Positions 1-9,644 of a DNA stretch of 64,000 nt are shown in pieces. The translations under genes were made by a program, and so were the position numbers. Origin of the DNA: a virus; IMG/VR virus record IMGVR_UViG_3300046002_007491, positions 1 to 64,000 of that record; one strand, given 5' to 3'. The notes below the pieces were generated by a model, which did not search any database, had not been told where the DNA came from, and saw only the letters and a program-made list of their open reading frames with translations. How positions within the stretch are numbered: the stretch's first letter is position 1; each line of letters opens with the position of its first letter.

Positions 1-502
1 CGGTTCCTAATTGAACACATACGCGCGTGAATTCGTCTTTTGTGAACATTCCCTTTCCATAGAAGAAAAAAGCTATTTCTATGTCGTCTTTTGAGATGCC
101 GTAGCGAATACTTGCCCAGCGCATAATGAACGCGTAGTTTTCCAAGAAGTCATAAGGTCGTTCGATGAATTTGTGGCGAATACGGACTTGCTTTTCTTTG
201 GCCATTCCTTTTAGTCGTTCTCGGTCAATTACTACCTTTCCGTTTTTGGCAATTGACAAATTGTTCTTTTTTGCGACACCATGGATTCTTTTTTCAGAAG
301 TTCGCTTGTTCCATTGTTCGAAAGTTTCTCCTTCGCGAATTTTTAGAAATTCCTCCATAGATTCAGTTTGGAACCTATTTTTCTTTTGCTTGGCACTTCC
401 GAAATTGTCCTTTTTATCAGCAAGTTTGCCTTGGACTTTGTTTTTGGTTGTGCCGGCAAATCGTCCGTTGTACTTTCTTTTATCTTCTTTATCTTCTGCC
501 AT
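1..502 (-). CDS. Hypothetical phage protein, 3' end truncated by the window edge (MAEDKEDKRKYNG...YDFLENYAFIMRWASIRYGISKDDIEIAFFFY)
   Basis: Hand translation from ATG 502 stays open to base 1; absent from the ORF track because there is no stop; the + strand ORF 165..542 is its shadow. Confidence 0.8.
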   Translation of the reverse strand, partial: MAEDKEDKRKYNGRFAGTTKNKVQGKLADKKDNFGSAKQKKNRFQTESMEEFLKIREGETFEQWNKRTSEKRIHGVAKKNNLSIAKNGKVVIDRERLKGMAKEKQVRIRHKFIERPYDFLENYAFIMRWASIRYGISKDDIEIAFFFYGKGMFTKDEFTRVCVQLGT

Positions 503-616
503 CTCTGATTATTTTTTGCAATTCGCGAATTTTGTCGTTTAATTTCTCGTCATTCGAGCCTTTTAGCATAAGCCTTGTTCTTTTAACTAATAGGTTGTCT
601 AGTTTTTCTTGGTCTG

Positions 617-901
617 TCATTTTTTGTTTTTAAGGCGTGAGTATAATTGATTCGGTGTTTCCCATTCAGATTCAGGTCCGATTTTTCCAAATTCGCGAAT
701 AAAACAATATTCTTCAAGCGATTCTCTGTCAAACCAAATACTCAATAAGTCTATTATCGTATTGACCAATTTATCATTGTGAAATATCGGAAATTCGTTC
801 ATTGAAAACGCCTCTTGAAGCAATTGACCGTTCTTTTTATCATCGTATTTCTGCAATCTCATTGACTCTATTGCTGATGTGAATTGTTCTTGGGAAATCA
901 T
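617..901 (-). CDS. Hypothetical phage protein
   Basis: 94-aa ORF co-oriented with neighbours. Confidence 0.75.
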   Translation of the reverse strand: MISQEQFTSAIESMRLQKYDDKKNGQLLQEAFSMNEFPIFHNDKLVNTIIDLLSIWFDRESLEEYCFIREFGKIGPESEWETPNQLYSRLKNKK

Positions 902-1105
902 AGGTTTGGTTTACTTAAATTTGACGAATTTGCCAATTATTACTCGTGTCTATCTTTAGCATTATGAAAATCTTTCCAAAGCGATCTACAATATTTGTAA
1001 ATGTAGTAAACCGTGAATACTATTAAAATTGCGAAAAGTGCTTTCATCTCGTCGTTGTTATTTGGTTAATTGCTGATTGGGTGAGGGTTTCAAAATCGTA
1101 AAAGA

Positions 1106-1366
1106 TTAAGACCCAAAATTAGGATTATGTTTTTGGTTTTCTTCTAGCCATTGTTTATTATTTTCTCTAGCAATTAACATCCAATCAGCATACCCGTAAG
1201 CGGTTGCAGTAAGCTCTTTTTTAATTTCTTGCAACTCCTCTTTGCCTATCTTTATTCCAAACTCTCCTTTTTCATCATAAAAAGGCATTTTATTTATTAA
1301 TGCTGAAAGAGCAGCGGTTGCAAATTTATCTATTAACTCTTGGCTTTTTTTTGATTTGTTTTCCAT
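1106..1366 (-). CDS. Hypothetical phage protein (DKFATAAL...AYGYADWML motif of small phage proteins)
   Basis: 86-aa ORF with A-rich leader. Confidence 0.75.
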   Translation of the reverse strand: MENKSKKSQELIDKFATAALSALINKMPFYDEKGEFGIKIGKEELQEIKKELTATAYGYADWMLIARENNKQWLEENQKHNPNFGS

Positions 1367-1629
1367 TTTTTTTTAATAATTAGGGTTTTTATATTTTCCA
1401 ACTTTTTCATCGTATTCTAAATCTAGCATTTCTGCAATCTCAATTACTTTATCAACTTTTGGATTTGCAATGTTTAATTTGCTAAAAGCAAAATCAAAAA
1501 TATCTTCATCTGTTAGGTGTTTTTTCATCTTTATTTTATTTTAAGTTAATTATTTCGGTTATCATCCTTTTTTGTTGTTTTGGACGTATAGGTCTTATTT
1601 AATCAGTCGTAGCCACTAGTTATAGGCTA

Positions 1630-1875
1630 TTAATCCTCAACATCGTGTTCAGAAATTTCATCAACTTCTGCAACCCAATCCATACAATCAGCTTCTTTAA
1701 TATTTTCGTGTAACCAATCGGCAGCTTCTCTATATTCTTCTTTCATCATTGTTGGGTCAATTTCAGCCCATTTTTCAGAAGCTAATAATAATTGCTCATA
1801 AACTTCTTTTGGCATTTCTACATCACCTAAACCTACTTTGTAAGTTACTTTAATAGTTAAATCTTCTACTTTCAT
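1630..1875 (-). CDS. Hypothetical protein, cargo of cassette B1
   Basis: 81-aa ORF filling the cassette. Confidence 0.8.
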   Translation of the reverse strand: MKVEDLTIKVTYKVGLGDVEMPKEVYEQLLLASEKWAEIDPTMMKEEYREAADWLHENIKEADCMDWVAEVDEISEHDVED

Positions 1876-1894
1876 AATTCGTGTAAATTTTAAC

Positions 1895-2031
1895 AGCCTA
1901 TAACAAGTGTTTGCAAAAATTAGGGCTTTAGGCTTAACTTGATGGCTTGGTTTGTGTTTGTTATTATTAGTTTTTAATCGAAAATTAGTGCTTACTTTTC
2001 CCTAACTTCTGCAAGCACTCGAACGTTATGT
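1895..2031 (+). repeat. attC-like site B1
   Basis: CCTATAAC-A-AGTGTTTGCA...TGCAAGCACT-CGAAC-GTTATGT. Confidence 0.85.
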
Positions 2032-2038
2032 GAGATTG

Positions 2039-2215
2039 TTACGATTGCGTTTCAAAATACATAAATTCCAAACATTTGTAAACACTTAAATTAGTAAGCC
2101 AACAATCTCGGATATATTCTTTGTACTTTTCAAAATCTTCATCAGTGTATCTGTAACCATCTTCCGTTCTTCTTTCCTTTAATCTTTCAAGATAACTTTC
2201 AAATGTTTCTTTCAT
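2039..2215 (-). CDS. Hypothetical 58-aa protein, cargo of cassette B2 (MKETFESYLERLKE...)
   Basis: Hand translation; start overlaps the stop of 2212..2421. Confidence 0.65.
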   Translation of the reverse strand: MKETFESYLERLKERRTEDGYRYTDEDFEKYKEYIRDCWLTNLSVYKCLEFMYFETQS

Positions 2216-2421
2216 CTTTTAAATGTATAAATGTAAATTGTATCAACTTTTTTTCCTTTACTCTCTAATCTATAATCAGGCTTTATAATTGCCTTGCTTT
2301 CAATTACTTCGTTTCCTGTTTTATCATAAACGAAATAACTTCCAAATCCTATAATTACAATCGATCCCACGATTAAAAGAACTAATAAGCAACCAAATGC
2401 TTCTCCTAATGAATTTCCCAT
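2212..2421 (-). CDS. Small membrane protein, cargo of cassette B2
   Basis: 69 aa with an N-terminal hydrophobic helix. Confidence 0.75.
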   Translation of the reverse strand: MGNSLGEAFGCLLVLLIVGSIVIIGFGSYFVYDKTGNEVIESKAIIKPDYRLESKGKKVDTIYIYTFKR

Positions 2422-2447
2422 AAAAATTTGTTTTAAAAACCCACATC

Positions 2448-2582
2448 CTCACATAACAGCCATTTGGCAATATGGCAAGTTCAGGCTTAATTTATAATTG
2501 GTTTTGTGCCTTACACACTTGTAATAATCCGATAATTCGGGTGTACTTTTTTGCCACATCGCCAAGTGGCAAAACGTTATGC
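2448..2582 (+). repeat. attC-like site B2
   Basis: CACATAAC-A-GCCATTTGGC...GCCAAGTGGC-AAAAC-GTTATGC; closely similar to A6 (18651). Confidence 0.88.
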
Positions 2583-2654
2583 GCTACTTCTCTACCAACT
2601 CCTTTGCGTATTCTTTAGGTGGTTTCATAATTGCTAAAATATTAAAATTGAACT

Positions 2655-2846
2655 TTATACTATTTCAAATGTTCTAAATGATGAAGCAGACAATCCACCA
2701 AAATACATTATTCCGTTTTGAATGTTTGCCGTTACGGTTGGAGACAAATCTATTTTAAAATTGCCGTTACAAGTTAGATTGCCAAATCCTTTAACTTTAT
2801 CGCCTACTTTTACTTCTTTTCCGCGAATGTCTATTCTTGGTTTCAT
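2655..2846 (-). CDS. Hypothetical protein (YopX-like start DIRGKEVKVGD)
   Basis: 63-aa ORF coupled to the upstream gene. Confidence 0.6.
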   Translation of the reverse strand: MKPRIDIRGKEVKVGDKVKGFGNLTCNGNFKIDLSPTVTANIQNGIMYFGGLSASSFRTFEIV

Positions 2847-3127
2847 AATTGGGATTTATAGATTTGTAGGAGTTCTTGAATTGTGTAAAACTCAGCTTTT
2901 TGCAATAAATAATACTTTCCTTTGTGTTCTCCAACTTTGTGAATTTCCGTGCAATTATCGGAAAGCCACTCCGCAAATCCAATAGCGAAGTTGTCTTTTT
3001 GTTCTTGCTCTAACCCCTTAGCTTTGTTAAAAAACCCTGATAAATCATAACAATCAATAAAATTAGTCCATCGTTCTCCATCTGCGTCAAATGTAATTTG
3101 TTCTTTTAACCATTCTACTGCATCCAT
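2843..3127 (-). CDS. Hypothetical protein with the FAEW...ELLQIYK module
   Basis: 94-aa ORF; C-terminal module shared with 12191, 30145, 30357. Confidence 0.75.
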   Translation of the reverse strand: MDAVEWLKEQITFDADGERWTNFIDCYDLSGFFNKAKGLEQEQKDNFAIGFAEWLSDNCTEIHKVGEHKGKYYLLQKAEFYTIQELLQIYKSQL

Positions 3128-3155
3128 AATCTAAATATTTTAACGATTCCTCGTG

Positions 3156-3389
3156 TTAGTGTTTTTTGTGTTGGGTATGTTCTGCTTCAATTACCTTTTC
3201 CAATTCTGAAATGTATCTAAGAACACTAATTGGAACTTGCAAATAATCTTCTTCTGCGTTATTTTTCCAATAGTTTAAGTCTTTCACTTCCTCAATCGTT
3301 TCTTGTTTTGAAACAAAAGTAATTGTAATACCTCTTTCAATTTCTTGTTTTGGTTGTGGAATGATTGGTTTGTTTTCTGTATTTTTCAT
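3156..3389 (-). CDS. Hypothetical protein
   Basis: 77-aa ORF in a tightly packed operon. Confidence 0.7.
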   Translation of the reverse strand: MKNTENKPIIPQPKQEIERGITITFVSKQETIEEVKDLNYWKNNAEEDYLQVPISVLRYISELEKVIEAEHTQHKKH

Positions 3390-3391
3390 AG

Positions 3392-3652
3392 TTATTTAAT
3401 TTGATTGTCCTTGCAATAACTTTTTAAGTTCGCTATAACTTGATCCTTACCTAATTTTGATTCTAAACAATAAAGAGCGTACTCAACCATATCTTTAGCC
3501 GAGAAGTCATTAAAATCATCTTTTTCGGCTATCAAGCTACCATCTTTTTCAAAAACCTGCAATACCACTCTAATCGGATTCAAATCAGAACCATCGCCAA
3601 CAGTCACTAATCTTGAAATTATTACTTCTTTACATTCTATATTCGCTTCCAT
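3392..3652 (-). CDS. Hypothetical protein
   Basis: 86-aa ORF in a tightly packed operon. Confidence 0.7.
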   Translation of the reverse strand: MEANIECKEVIISRLVTVGDGSDLNPIRVVLQVFEKDGSLIAEKDDFNDFSAKDMVEYALYCLESKLGKDQVIANLKSYCKDNQIK

Positions 3653-3656
3653 AATT

Positions 3657-4103
3657 TTAAATCTTTTTACTATTCTCGTTTAACAAATTTTCCTCAGCAA
3701 TTTCTTTTACTTCATTACCGCTTGCGGTCGATTTTTTTTCAACCCCAGATACCTTCACAAAATACCCGAATTCGCCCGCTTTCTTCGCCTTCACAAACGC
3801 AATATTCACCACTTCAGCAGTATCTTTATTCGTGTACTCATTCACATTGGTCCTGATCCAACCAACAAATGAATCCATACGTTCCTCGCTACCTGTCAAT
3901 TTAGCAACTACTTTTTTAATCTTAGGCGACACAGATTCTTTTACAACCAAAGGCGTTAATATTTTATGAACCGCTGTTTTACTCAATCCTACAACTCTAG
4001 CAATCTCTCTTTCAGGCTTCCCTTCATTAAACATCTTGAAAACATCAGCGTTCCTTTTTTCCTTATCCATGACAAATACATTTATTAAATTAATATTTGA
4101 CAA
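3657..4103 (-). CDS. Helix-turn-helix DNA-binding protein (true start probably ATG 4070)
   Basis: MFNEGKPEREIARVVGLSKTAVHKIL is a typical HTH. Confidence 0.75.
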   Translation of the reverse strand: MSNINLINVFVMDKEKRNADVFKMFNEGKPEREIARVVGLSKTAVHKILTPLVVKESVSPKIKKVVAKLTGSEERMDSFVGWIRTNVNEYTNKDTAEVVNIAFVKAKKAGEFGYFVKVSGVEKKSTASGNEVKEIAEENLLNENSKKI

Positions 4104-4115
4104 ATCTAAATACTC

Positions 4116-4312
4116 TTGGTCTCTTTTCCTAATGTTTGGTCACTTTTTTTTATTGAAATTTATTTTATTCCTTTTTCATTGGTCACCATATTTGGTCTTA
4201 AACCTATCTGTTGTTGACTTTAACCTGCTTTGGTCACCACTAAAACTACTCTTTTTACTTGTTTTTGATAGTTTTGGTCACCATATAATACTTCTTGGTC
4301 ACTCTTGGTCAC
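4116..4312 (+). repeat. Cluster of TTGGTCAC direct repeats
   Basis: Exact copies at 4136, 4179, 4230, 4274, 4295, 4305; TTGGTCT variants at 4116 and 4192. Confidence 0.85.
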
Positions 4313-5230
4313 CTCGTTTTGATAGTTTTTAATATAGAAAGAGTATATTACCCCTTAGTATAATACCATGGTTTCTGGGCGCTGATCCTCAAAAGGAAAA
4401 CGATTTTTTTTTTGATACGGGGGTTCTTTTTTTCAATTCCATTTCTAAAACGTTTTGACTTTTATAACTTGATTTACAACGTGTTACGTATAAATTAAAC
4501 TCGTTTTCGTGTTTGGTTCTGGTGCTGAAGTTCATTTTTATAATCTTATTACGATTGTGTTTTAAATTACTAACTTACTAGCTGTCAATGAATTATAATT
4601 TACATTTATGGTTTACTCCGATTTATTGCTTTTGTGATCCTTTCCAGGCTTCGCGTGAAGTGTTGATTTTTAAGGCGTTGCGCCTCTTCGGGTCCTACAA
4701 TATTCCTACAAATTAAATTAAAACATCGTTAAAACGTCGTTAATTACAAGAAATTTAAAAACGATGAAATGATACTATTTTTTTTTATTTGTTTCTTATA
4801 TGGTTTGTGTTTGTGTTTCTTGGAGAGCTGCCGCACTCTTGTTATTGGCAAATCTGAGATATTTCAGGACATTATTAGTCAATTTTATGACATTTTAAGT
4901 CAACAATAATTAAAAATTAAGCGAAATAAGGCACGATAAAGTATTTTAATTAATATTTTAGTCTTTGAATGTTTACTTTGTTTTAAAATAGCGTTTCTTT
5001 TGTTGTGTGTTGGTCCTGGTGTTTGTTTAGTTCCTTTGCTCTGGTGTTTTGCTTGGATAATTGGCAAATTTGCGATATTTCAACTTCAAACCTCAAAAAC
5101 CTCTTTATTCTTGTATGCTTTAAGCATATTTAATCAATCTTATTTGTAAGAATATACTACAATGTTAATGTAGTTCGTCGATAATTAATGTATTTTAACG
5201 ATTTTATTAGTTTGGTTTATATTGTCGTTG

Positions 5231-5238
5231 TAGGTTTG
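5231..5238 (+). promoter_or_regulatory. Bacteroidota sigma-A -7 element (TAGGTTTG) upstream of the early genes
   Basis: Matches TAnnTTTG, about 45 bp before ATG 5281; TTTG at 5211. Confidence 0.6.
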
Positions 5239-5280
5239 GCAAAGAATTAGAAACGAATATAAATTTAATCTTTATTTATT

Positions 5281-5673
5281 ATGCGAACTTTCAACCAAAA
5301 TTTTTTAATCGACGATATTAAAATGCTGAAAATTCAAGAATTGCACGATCTTAAAAATTTGTATTTGAATGCAAAAAAATTTGATAAAGCCGAAGAGATT
5401 CAAGACAAATTAAATAGTTTTAAAAGTTTCTGTAATTGGGCAAATGATGCACAAATTTTAGAAGAGGTTAAAAGTAGGTTAACCGATTTTTATCAAGTTT
5501 TAGCGGGTTATTATTATACAATTGCTGAAGACTTTGCCGAAAATCCATTTATTAAAATTGATAGGCTAAAAAAGGCTGTTATTTGTTGCAATCATTTAAA
5601 GCAACATTGTAAAGACGCTGAAATTTACGCGAACAAATATATTTGTCAACAAAATAGAAACTATTTAAAATAA
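5281..5673 (+). CDS. Hypothetical early protein
   Basis: 130-aa ORF, first gene of the rightward block. Confidence 0.75.
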   Translation: MRTFNQNFLIDDIKMLKIQELHDLKNLYLNAKKFDKAEEIQDKLNSFKSFCNWANDAQILEEVKSRLTDFYQVLAGYYYTIAEDFAENPFIKIDRLKKAVICCNHLKQHCKDAEIYANKYICQQNRNYLK

Positions 5674-6005
5674 TCATTATGCAAAAATTCAATCTTTTAT
5701 CCGACAAAACGCAAGGCAAGATATTGTTATTTATTACGGTGTTTTCCTCTTGTGGTTTACTAGTTCTAATTAGCGAATTCACAAATATTATCAATTTTAT
5801 AATTTAATTATCATGGAAGCATTAAAAATTAGAATTCAATGCCCTTCAGAAAGAACAAAAACCGTAGGAACATTTTTATCGGGAACCGAAACAGGCAAAC
5901 AATATACAAAAACATACTCTTGTGCGGTTGATTTGTTTGACAGTTCAGAATATCAAATTTTAAAAAATAGAATAGAAAAATAATTTAATCTTAATACTTT
6001 AAAAC

Positions 6006-6713
6006 ATGGAAAATTTATCTAAACAATTGACAAATGAAGCATTAAAAAGACAAAATGAAAGTCTTGCTTCTATTCGCAAAATTACTACTAATGAAGCGGG
6101 AAAACTAGAATGGTATTTAATACAATTATTGCCAGCAAGCAAAAAAAGACACACTTTTGAAAGTGTTACAGAATTGAAAAGTTATTTGGTTGATAGGCTA
6201 AAAAATCAAACTATCAAAAAAATTGAATCCTTACAAAAGGAATTAGTATTTAATGAATCATTGCAGGAAATTGAATCTTTAACTATTAACGTTGAATGGG
6301 AAAAATCTAAAATGTGGGGAAACAATCCGAATGCTTCGGCCTATGTTCCTAACGTTGGAGAAGTGTGTAGCGGTTCGATTGGCGGGTGTGGTTATGACAA
6401 AGAAAGTACATCAGTCGCAAAGGTTTTAAATCAAGTTCCCCAATTTAGAAAACTATTATTTGAGCTAAAAAATAAACGTTCAAATTGCAAAAAACAAAAC
6501 CGCGAAGTTTTTGGTTATGGTGCTGGCTATGGTATTTTACCAAGTTTTGAGGGCGGTGTGGGCGTTAATTGTTACGATCGTGTATTTAACGCTATTGGAT
6601 ATAAATTTGAAACTGTTTCAAGTGGTAAAACATTCGACGTTTACCGAGTTTCAAAAGTTACGCCAAAGGAGCAAAAAAGAAAATCTACAAAATTATATAG
6701 TTACTCTAATTAA
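6006..6713 (+). CDS. Hypothetical early protein (GGCGYDKEST motif)
   Basis: 235-aa ORF. Confidence 0.85.
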   Translation: MENLSKQLTNEALKRQNESLASIRKITTNEAGKLEWYLIQLLPASKKRHTFESVTELKSYLVDRLKNQTIKKIESLQKELVFNESLQEIESLTINVEWEKSKMWGNNPNASAYVPNVGEVCSGSIGGCGYDKESTSVAKVLNQVPQFRKLLFELKNKRSNCKKQNREVFGYGAGYGILPSFEGGVGVNCYDRVFNAIGYKFETVSSGKTFDVYRVSKVTPKEQKRKSTKLYSYSN

Positions 6714-6785
6714 AAATCCATGTTGCAAAACAACCGAACACGAAAGTTATTAGGTTGTTTTATTCAACTTTAAAAAATCAAAATT

Positions 6786-7157
6786 ATGCAAACAACTGAA
6801 AAAATATTATCTGAGAATGAACGCATACAAAAGTTCATTAAAGACTACCAATTGAAAAACGATTATAACCCGCGATTTTTTGAGCAGTACAACGCAAAAT
6901 TTAATGCTGAATTTAATCAATTTTTAATTGATGGTAACTTTTCACAACAAACTATTAATTTGTTCTTTACGGGCTGTTTATTTGAAGTTTACCAATTGCA
7001 GCCAGAAAATTTAAAAGAACTTTTACAGCGTTATGATTTTGACAATCTCAACTATAAAGACTGCGAAAATTTGTTAATTGAAGTGCAGAAAATCGGTTAT
7101 ACTTTTGAGTTTGGACTCGACGCGGTTCCGTTTAACTTACAAAATTACACGCCATGA
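6786..7157 (+). CDS. Hypothetical protein, C-terminus paralogous to 9095..9316
   Basis: YKDCE...QKIGYTFEFGLDAVPFNL. Confidence 0.8.
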   Translation: MQTTEKILSENERIQKFIKDYQLKNDYNPRFFEQYNAKFNAEFNQFLIDGNFSQQTINLFFTGCLFEVYQLQPENLKELLQRYDFDNLNYKDCENLLIEVQKIGYTFEFGLDAVPFNLQNYTP

Positions 7158-7587
7158 AATTGACAATTTATAAAAACTGGTTTTTGTGTTACAATGGTAA
7201 AGTTTATGCAAATAAAATTACCGATATTCATTCACGAATTAATAATAAAGCAAATATTAAAAGCGATGAAACAGCAATTTAAAATTATTCGTTTTTGGAT
7301 CGGCGCAAATTTCAATCAATTGTTTTGTGTTTGGTTTTTGGTTTGGTTCCTGGTGCAGGTTTTGCGCTCCCTTTAATTAGCAAATTCAAGATATTTTAAC
7401 CTTTAAATTTTAAAATTATGTATTTACACGTGAGAAAAAATCCGAAAACTGGATTTAAAGAAACCTTAAACAGCGAAATGCGATTTATTAAGGGATGGAA
7501 AAGAGTCAAGTAATACTGAAGAGAATTCAATATTCGAAACGAGGTTTTTGCCTCGTATATTACAAATCAAATTTTAATCTATTAACT

Positions 7588-8028
7588 ATGAAAACAGAAT
7601 ATAAAAAACTCGTAAAATTGATCGACCAAATAATGATTAATTCATTATTCAGATCCGGCGGAACAAAAACAGAAGAAGAAGCAATTAACGCAGCTTATTT
7701 AATTCAATCCCCTAAAAAATACAACGGCACCGGTTTTGAATTGTGCTTTTTAGACAAGGGAAAAACTGAAAAGGATTTTTGTGTTATCGCTATATTTTTA
7801 AATCCATATAACGAACTTGTTTTTAGTTATGGTTATAATTATTACGGCAAAATGTACTACCAACACAAGTTTAAAAGAGAAGAAGAAAAAACTATTTTGC
7901 TGCTGGATTATGTTTTTAAATACGCGGATTGCGAAAACTTTAAAGAAAGAGTTTTTAATTTTATCAATCAAAACGAATCCGAAAAAGTAAAAGAAATTTT
8001 TTCAAATCAAAATTTATTAACCGCTTAA
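7588..8028 (+). CDS. Hypothetical protein (ORF track starts at 7495; ATG 7588 has the better leader)
   Basis: ORF with AT-rich leader. Confidence 0.75.
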   Translation: MKTEYKKLVKLIDQIMINSLFRSGGTKTEEEAINAAYLIQSPKKYNGTGFELCFLDKGKTEKDFCVIAIFLNPYNELVFSYGYNYYGKMYYQHKFKREEEKTILLLDYVFKYADCENFKERVFNFINQNESEKVKEIFSNQNLLTA

Positions 8029-8039
8029 AAAAGCAAAAA

Positions 8040-8264
8040 ATGAAACCGACAAACTTAAATATGTTATTTCAGGACCAAATAAGAAACTTTGCGCACCTGG
8101 TAACAAGCGAAACACAAACTAAAAACGATTTTTTAGCCACAATTAAGCAAAATTACTCGCTTAACAATCCAAAGGTTAATTTATTTTTTATCGCTTGTGA
8201 GAAGTCAGATTTTGAAACTATAAAACTAAATGCTAATCGAGATGCAATTCTCTTCAATCAATAA
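8040..8264 (+). CDS. Hypothetical protein
   Basis: 74-aa ORF in operon. Confidence 0.7.
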   Translation: MKPTNLNMLFQDQIRNFAHLVTSETQTKNDFLATIKQNYSLNNPKVNLFFIACEKSDFETIKLNANRDAILFNQ

Positions 8265-8268
8265 CATT

Positions 8269-8472
8269 ATGACAGACTTAAAATCCTCAACAATCAACTA
8301 CAAAGAAATTACAATTTCGGAACGATACAGAAGCAAATATCAAGTTTCAGTATTTGATACAGAAAGACAGAAAACAACGTACAGAAACTATTTTAAAACG
8401 CTCCAGGAAGCCGAAAAATGTTTTGACGAACTCGTCGAAATCCAACAAGAAAAAATGTGCTATCAATTTTAA
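8269..8472 (+). CDS. Hypothetical protein
   Basis: ORF in operon; likely start ATG 8269. Confidence 0.65.
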   Translation: MTDLKSSTINYKEITISERYRSKYQVSVFDTERQKTTYRNYFKTLQEAEKCFDELVEIQQEKMCYQF

Positions 8473-8484
8473 AAAGTAAATATT

Positions 8485-8829
8485 ATGCAAAATATCAAAG
8501 CATCAAAACAGCTAAATAAAGACAAAACAAAGTTTAGTTTGTACTTCTTTGCTCTATTGAAAGAGGGCGCATATATTGAGCGACAAATAATGATTATTGG
8601 CGGGCGTGAAGTTGTTTCTTATCAACTTAAAAAAGACCTTCACGAAACAGAAGAAAGACCTTATAAAAATACTATTTACGGTCAATTAAATTTTGAAGCC
8701 GTAAAGCAATTTAAAAGTAAAGGTTTTAAAATTCGTGAAGCAAAATTGAAATGCTATGCGGGAGGACAAACCGAACAATTCTTTTTTTCTGACTATCAGA
8801 AACCGATGTTTAACTATTCAATTAATTAA
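8485..8829 (+). CDS. Hypothetical protein
   Basis: 114-aa ORF in operon. Confidence 0.75.
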   Translation: MQNIKASKQLNKDKTKFSLYFFALLKEGAYIERQIMIIGGREVVSYQLKKDLHETEERPYKNTIYGQLNFEAVKQFKSKGFKIREAKLKCYAGGQTEQFFFSDYQKPMFNYSIN

Positions 8830-8831
8830 TT

Positions 8832-9083
8832 ATGGCGCCAGACTTATCAAATTTTCAAAGCAACACTTTTGACTTTGAATTTATCAATGACTTCACAAAA
8901 ATTTCGTGTTATCATTATTACGGAAAACATAAAAAATCTAGCTTTAAAATAATTTGCAATATAGAAAACACAGAAATTTCGACCGTAAAAAAAGCTATTG
9001 CGAGAATTAAAAAAGCTATTGCCGAAGCAAAACAAAATTGTACTCCTTTACATGGATGCACCGATTATTTACCAACAATCTAA
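8832..9083 (+). CDS. Hypothetical protein
   Basis: 83-aa ORF in operon. Confidence 0.7.
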   Translation: MAPDLSNFQSNTFDFEFINDFTKISCYHYYGKHKKSSFKIICNIENTEISTVKKAIARIKKAIAEAKQNCTPLHGCTDYLPTI

Positions 9084-9094
9084 AAACTAACACC

Positions 9095-9316
9095 ATGCAA
9101 GATCTATTCGAAACACCCGAAAAAATTCCACAAGAAGTAAATAAAATCCTCGACAAATATCGTGAGGGAGATTATACTTACACCGACTGCGAAGAGATGC
9201 AGAAAGAACTGCAAAAAGTAGGTTTTACTTTTGATTATTATTTAGATGCTATTCCTTATAATCTTCGTGAGGTTGCGCCAATTAACGAATTTGAACAAAT
9301 TATTCACTCAAAATAA
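9095..9316 (+). CDS. Hypothetical protein, paralog of the 6786..7157 C-terminus
   Basis: YTDCE...QKVGFTFDYYLDAIPYNL; likely start ATG 9095. Confidence 0.75.
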   Translation: MQDLFETPEKIPQEVNKILDKYREGDYTYTDCEEMQKELQKVGFTFDYYLDAIPYNLREVAPINEFEQIIHSK

Positions 9317-9324
9317 CAGAAACT

Positions 9325-9642
9325 ATGAAAACATTCATAATTAAAACAACAGAAGATACTTTTAAAATCGTCGATATTGACTTCTTTAAAAATAGACTGA
9401 AAAGACAAACTTCTTTGGACAACATTCATCGAAAAAACCTATTCAAAGACGATGATAAAAAAGGACTCGCAAATTTTATCAAAGGAGTTATTTCAATTCC
9501 ATTTGATGTTAGTGATTTTGATTTAGCAATAATGAAAAGTGTTTCCGACGAAAACGGAATTTTTCTAGAAAATGTGTATCAAGAAAAAAGAAAATTGTTT
9601 TGGGGAACCATTTACGACAAACAAAAACTTAAAACCGCTTAA
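9325..9642 (+). CDS. Hypothetical protein
   Basis: 105-aa ORF in operon. Confidence 0.75.
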   Translation: MKTFIIKTTEDTFKIVDIDFFKNRLKRQTSLDNIHRKNLFKDDDKKGLANFIKGVISIPFDVSDFDLAIMKSVSDENGIFLENVYQEKRKLFWGTIYDKQKLKTA

Positions 9643-9644
9643 CC

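Larger units (their letters stand above)
1581..2582 (+). mobile_element. Satellite cassette array B: attI-like site plus 2 cassettes (B1 1620-2025, B2 2026-2576)
   Basis: GTTATAGGCT (1619) is the reverse complement of AGCCTATAAC (1895); GTTATGTGAG (2025) is the reverse complement of CTCACATAAC (2448); both attC are imperfect hairpins. Confidence 0.85.

Noticed and set aside
165-633. + strand ORFs 165..542 and 448..633
   Set aside because: Antisense shadows of minus-strand genes, with Phe/Ser/Leu-biased composition
3138-3162. TAAC-GATTCCTCGT-GTTAG as a possible extra attC
   Set aside because: Too short, and its left core does not match the GTTATGCG end of array B
4036-4332. ORF 4036..4332
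   Set aside because: Translates the TTGGTCAC repeats and overlaps the HTH gene antisense
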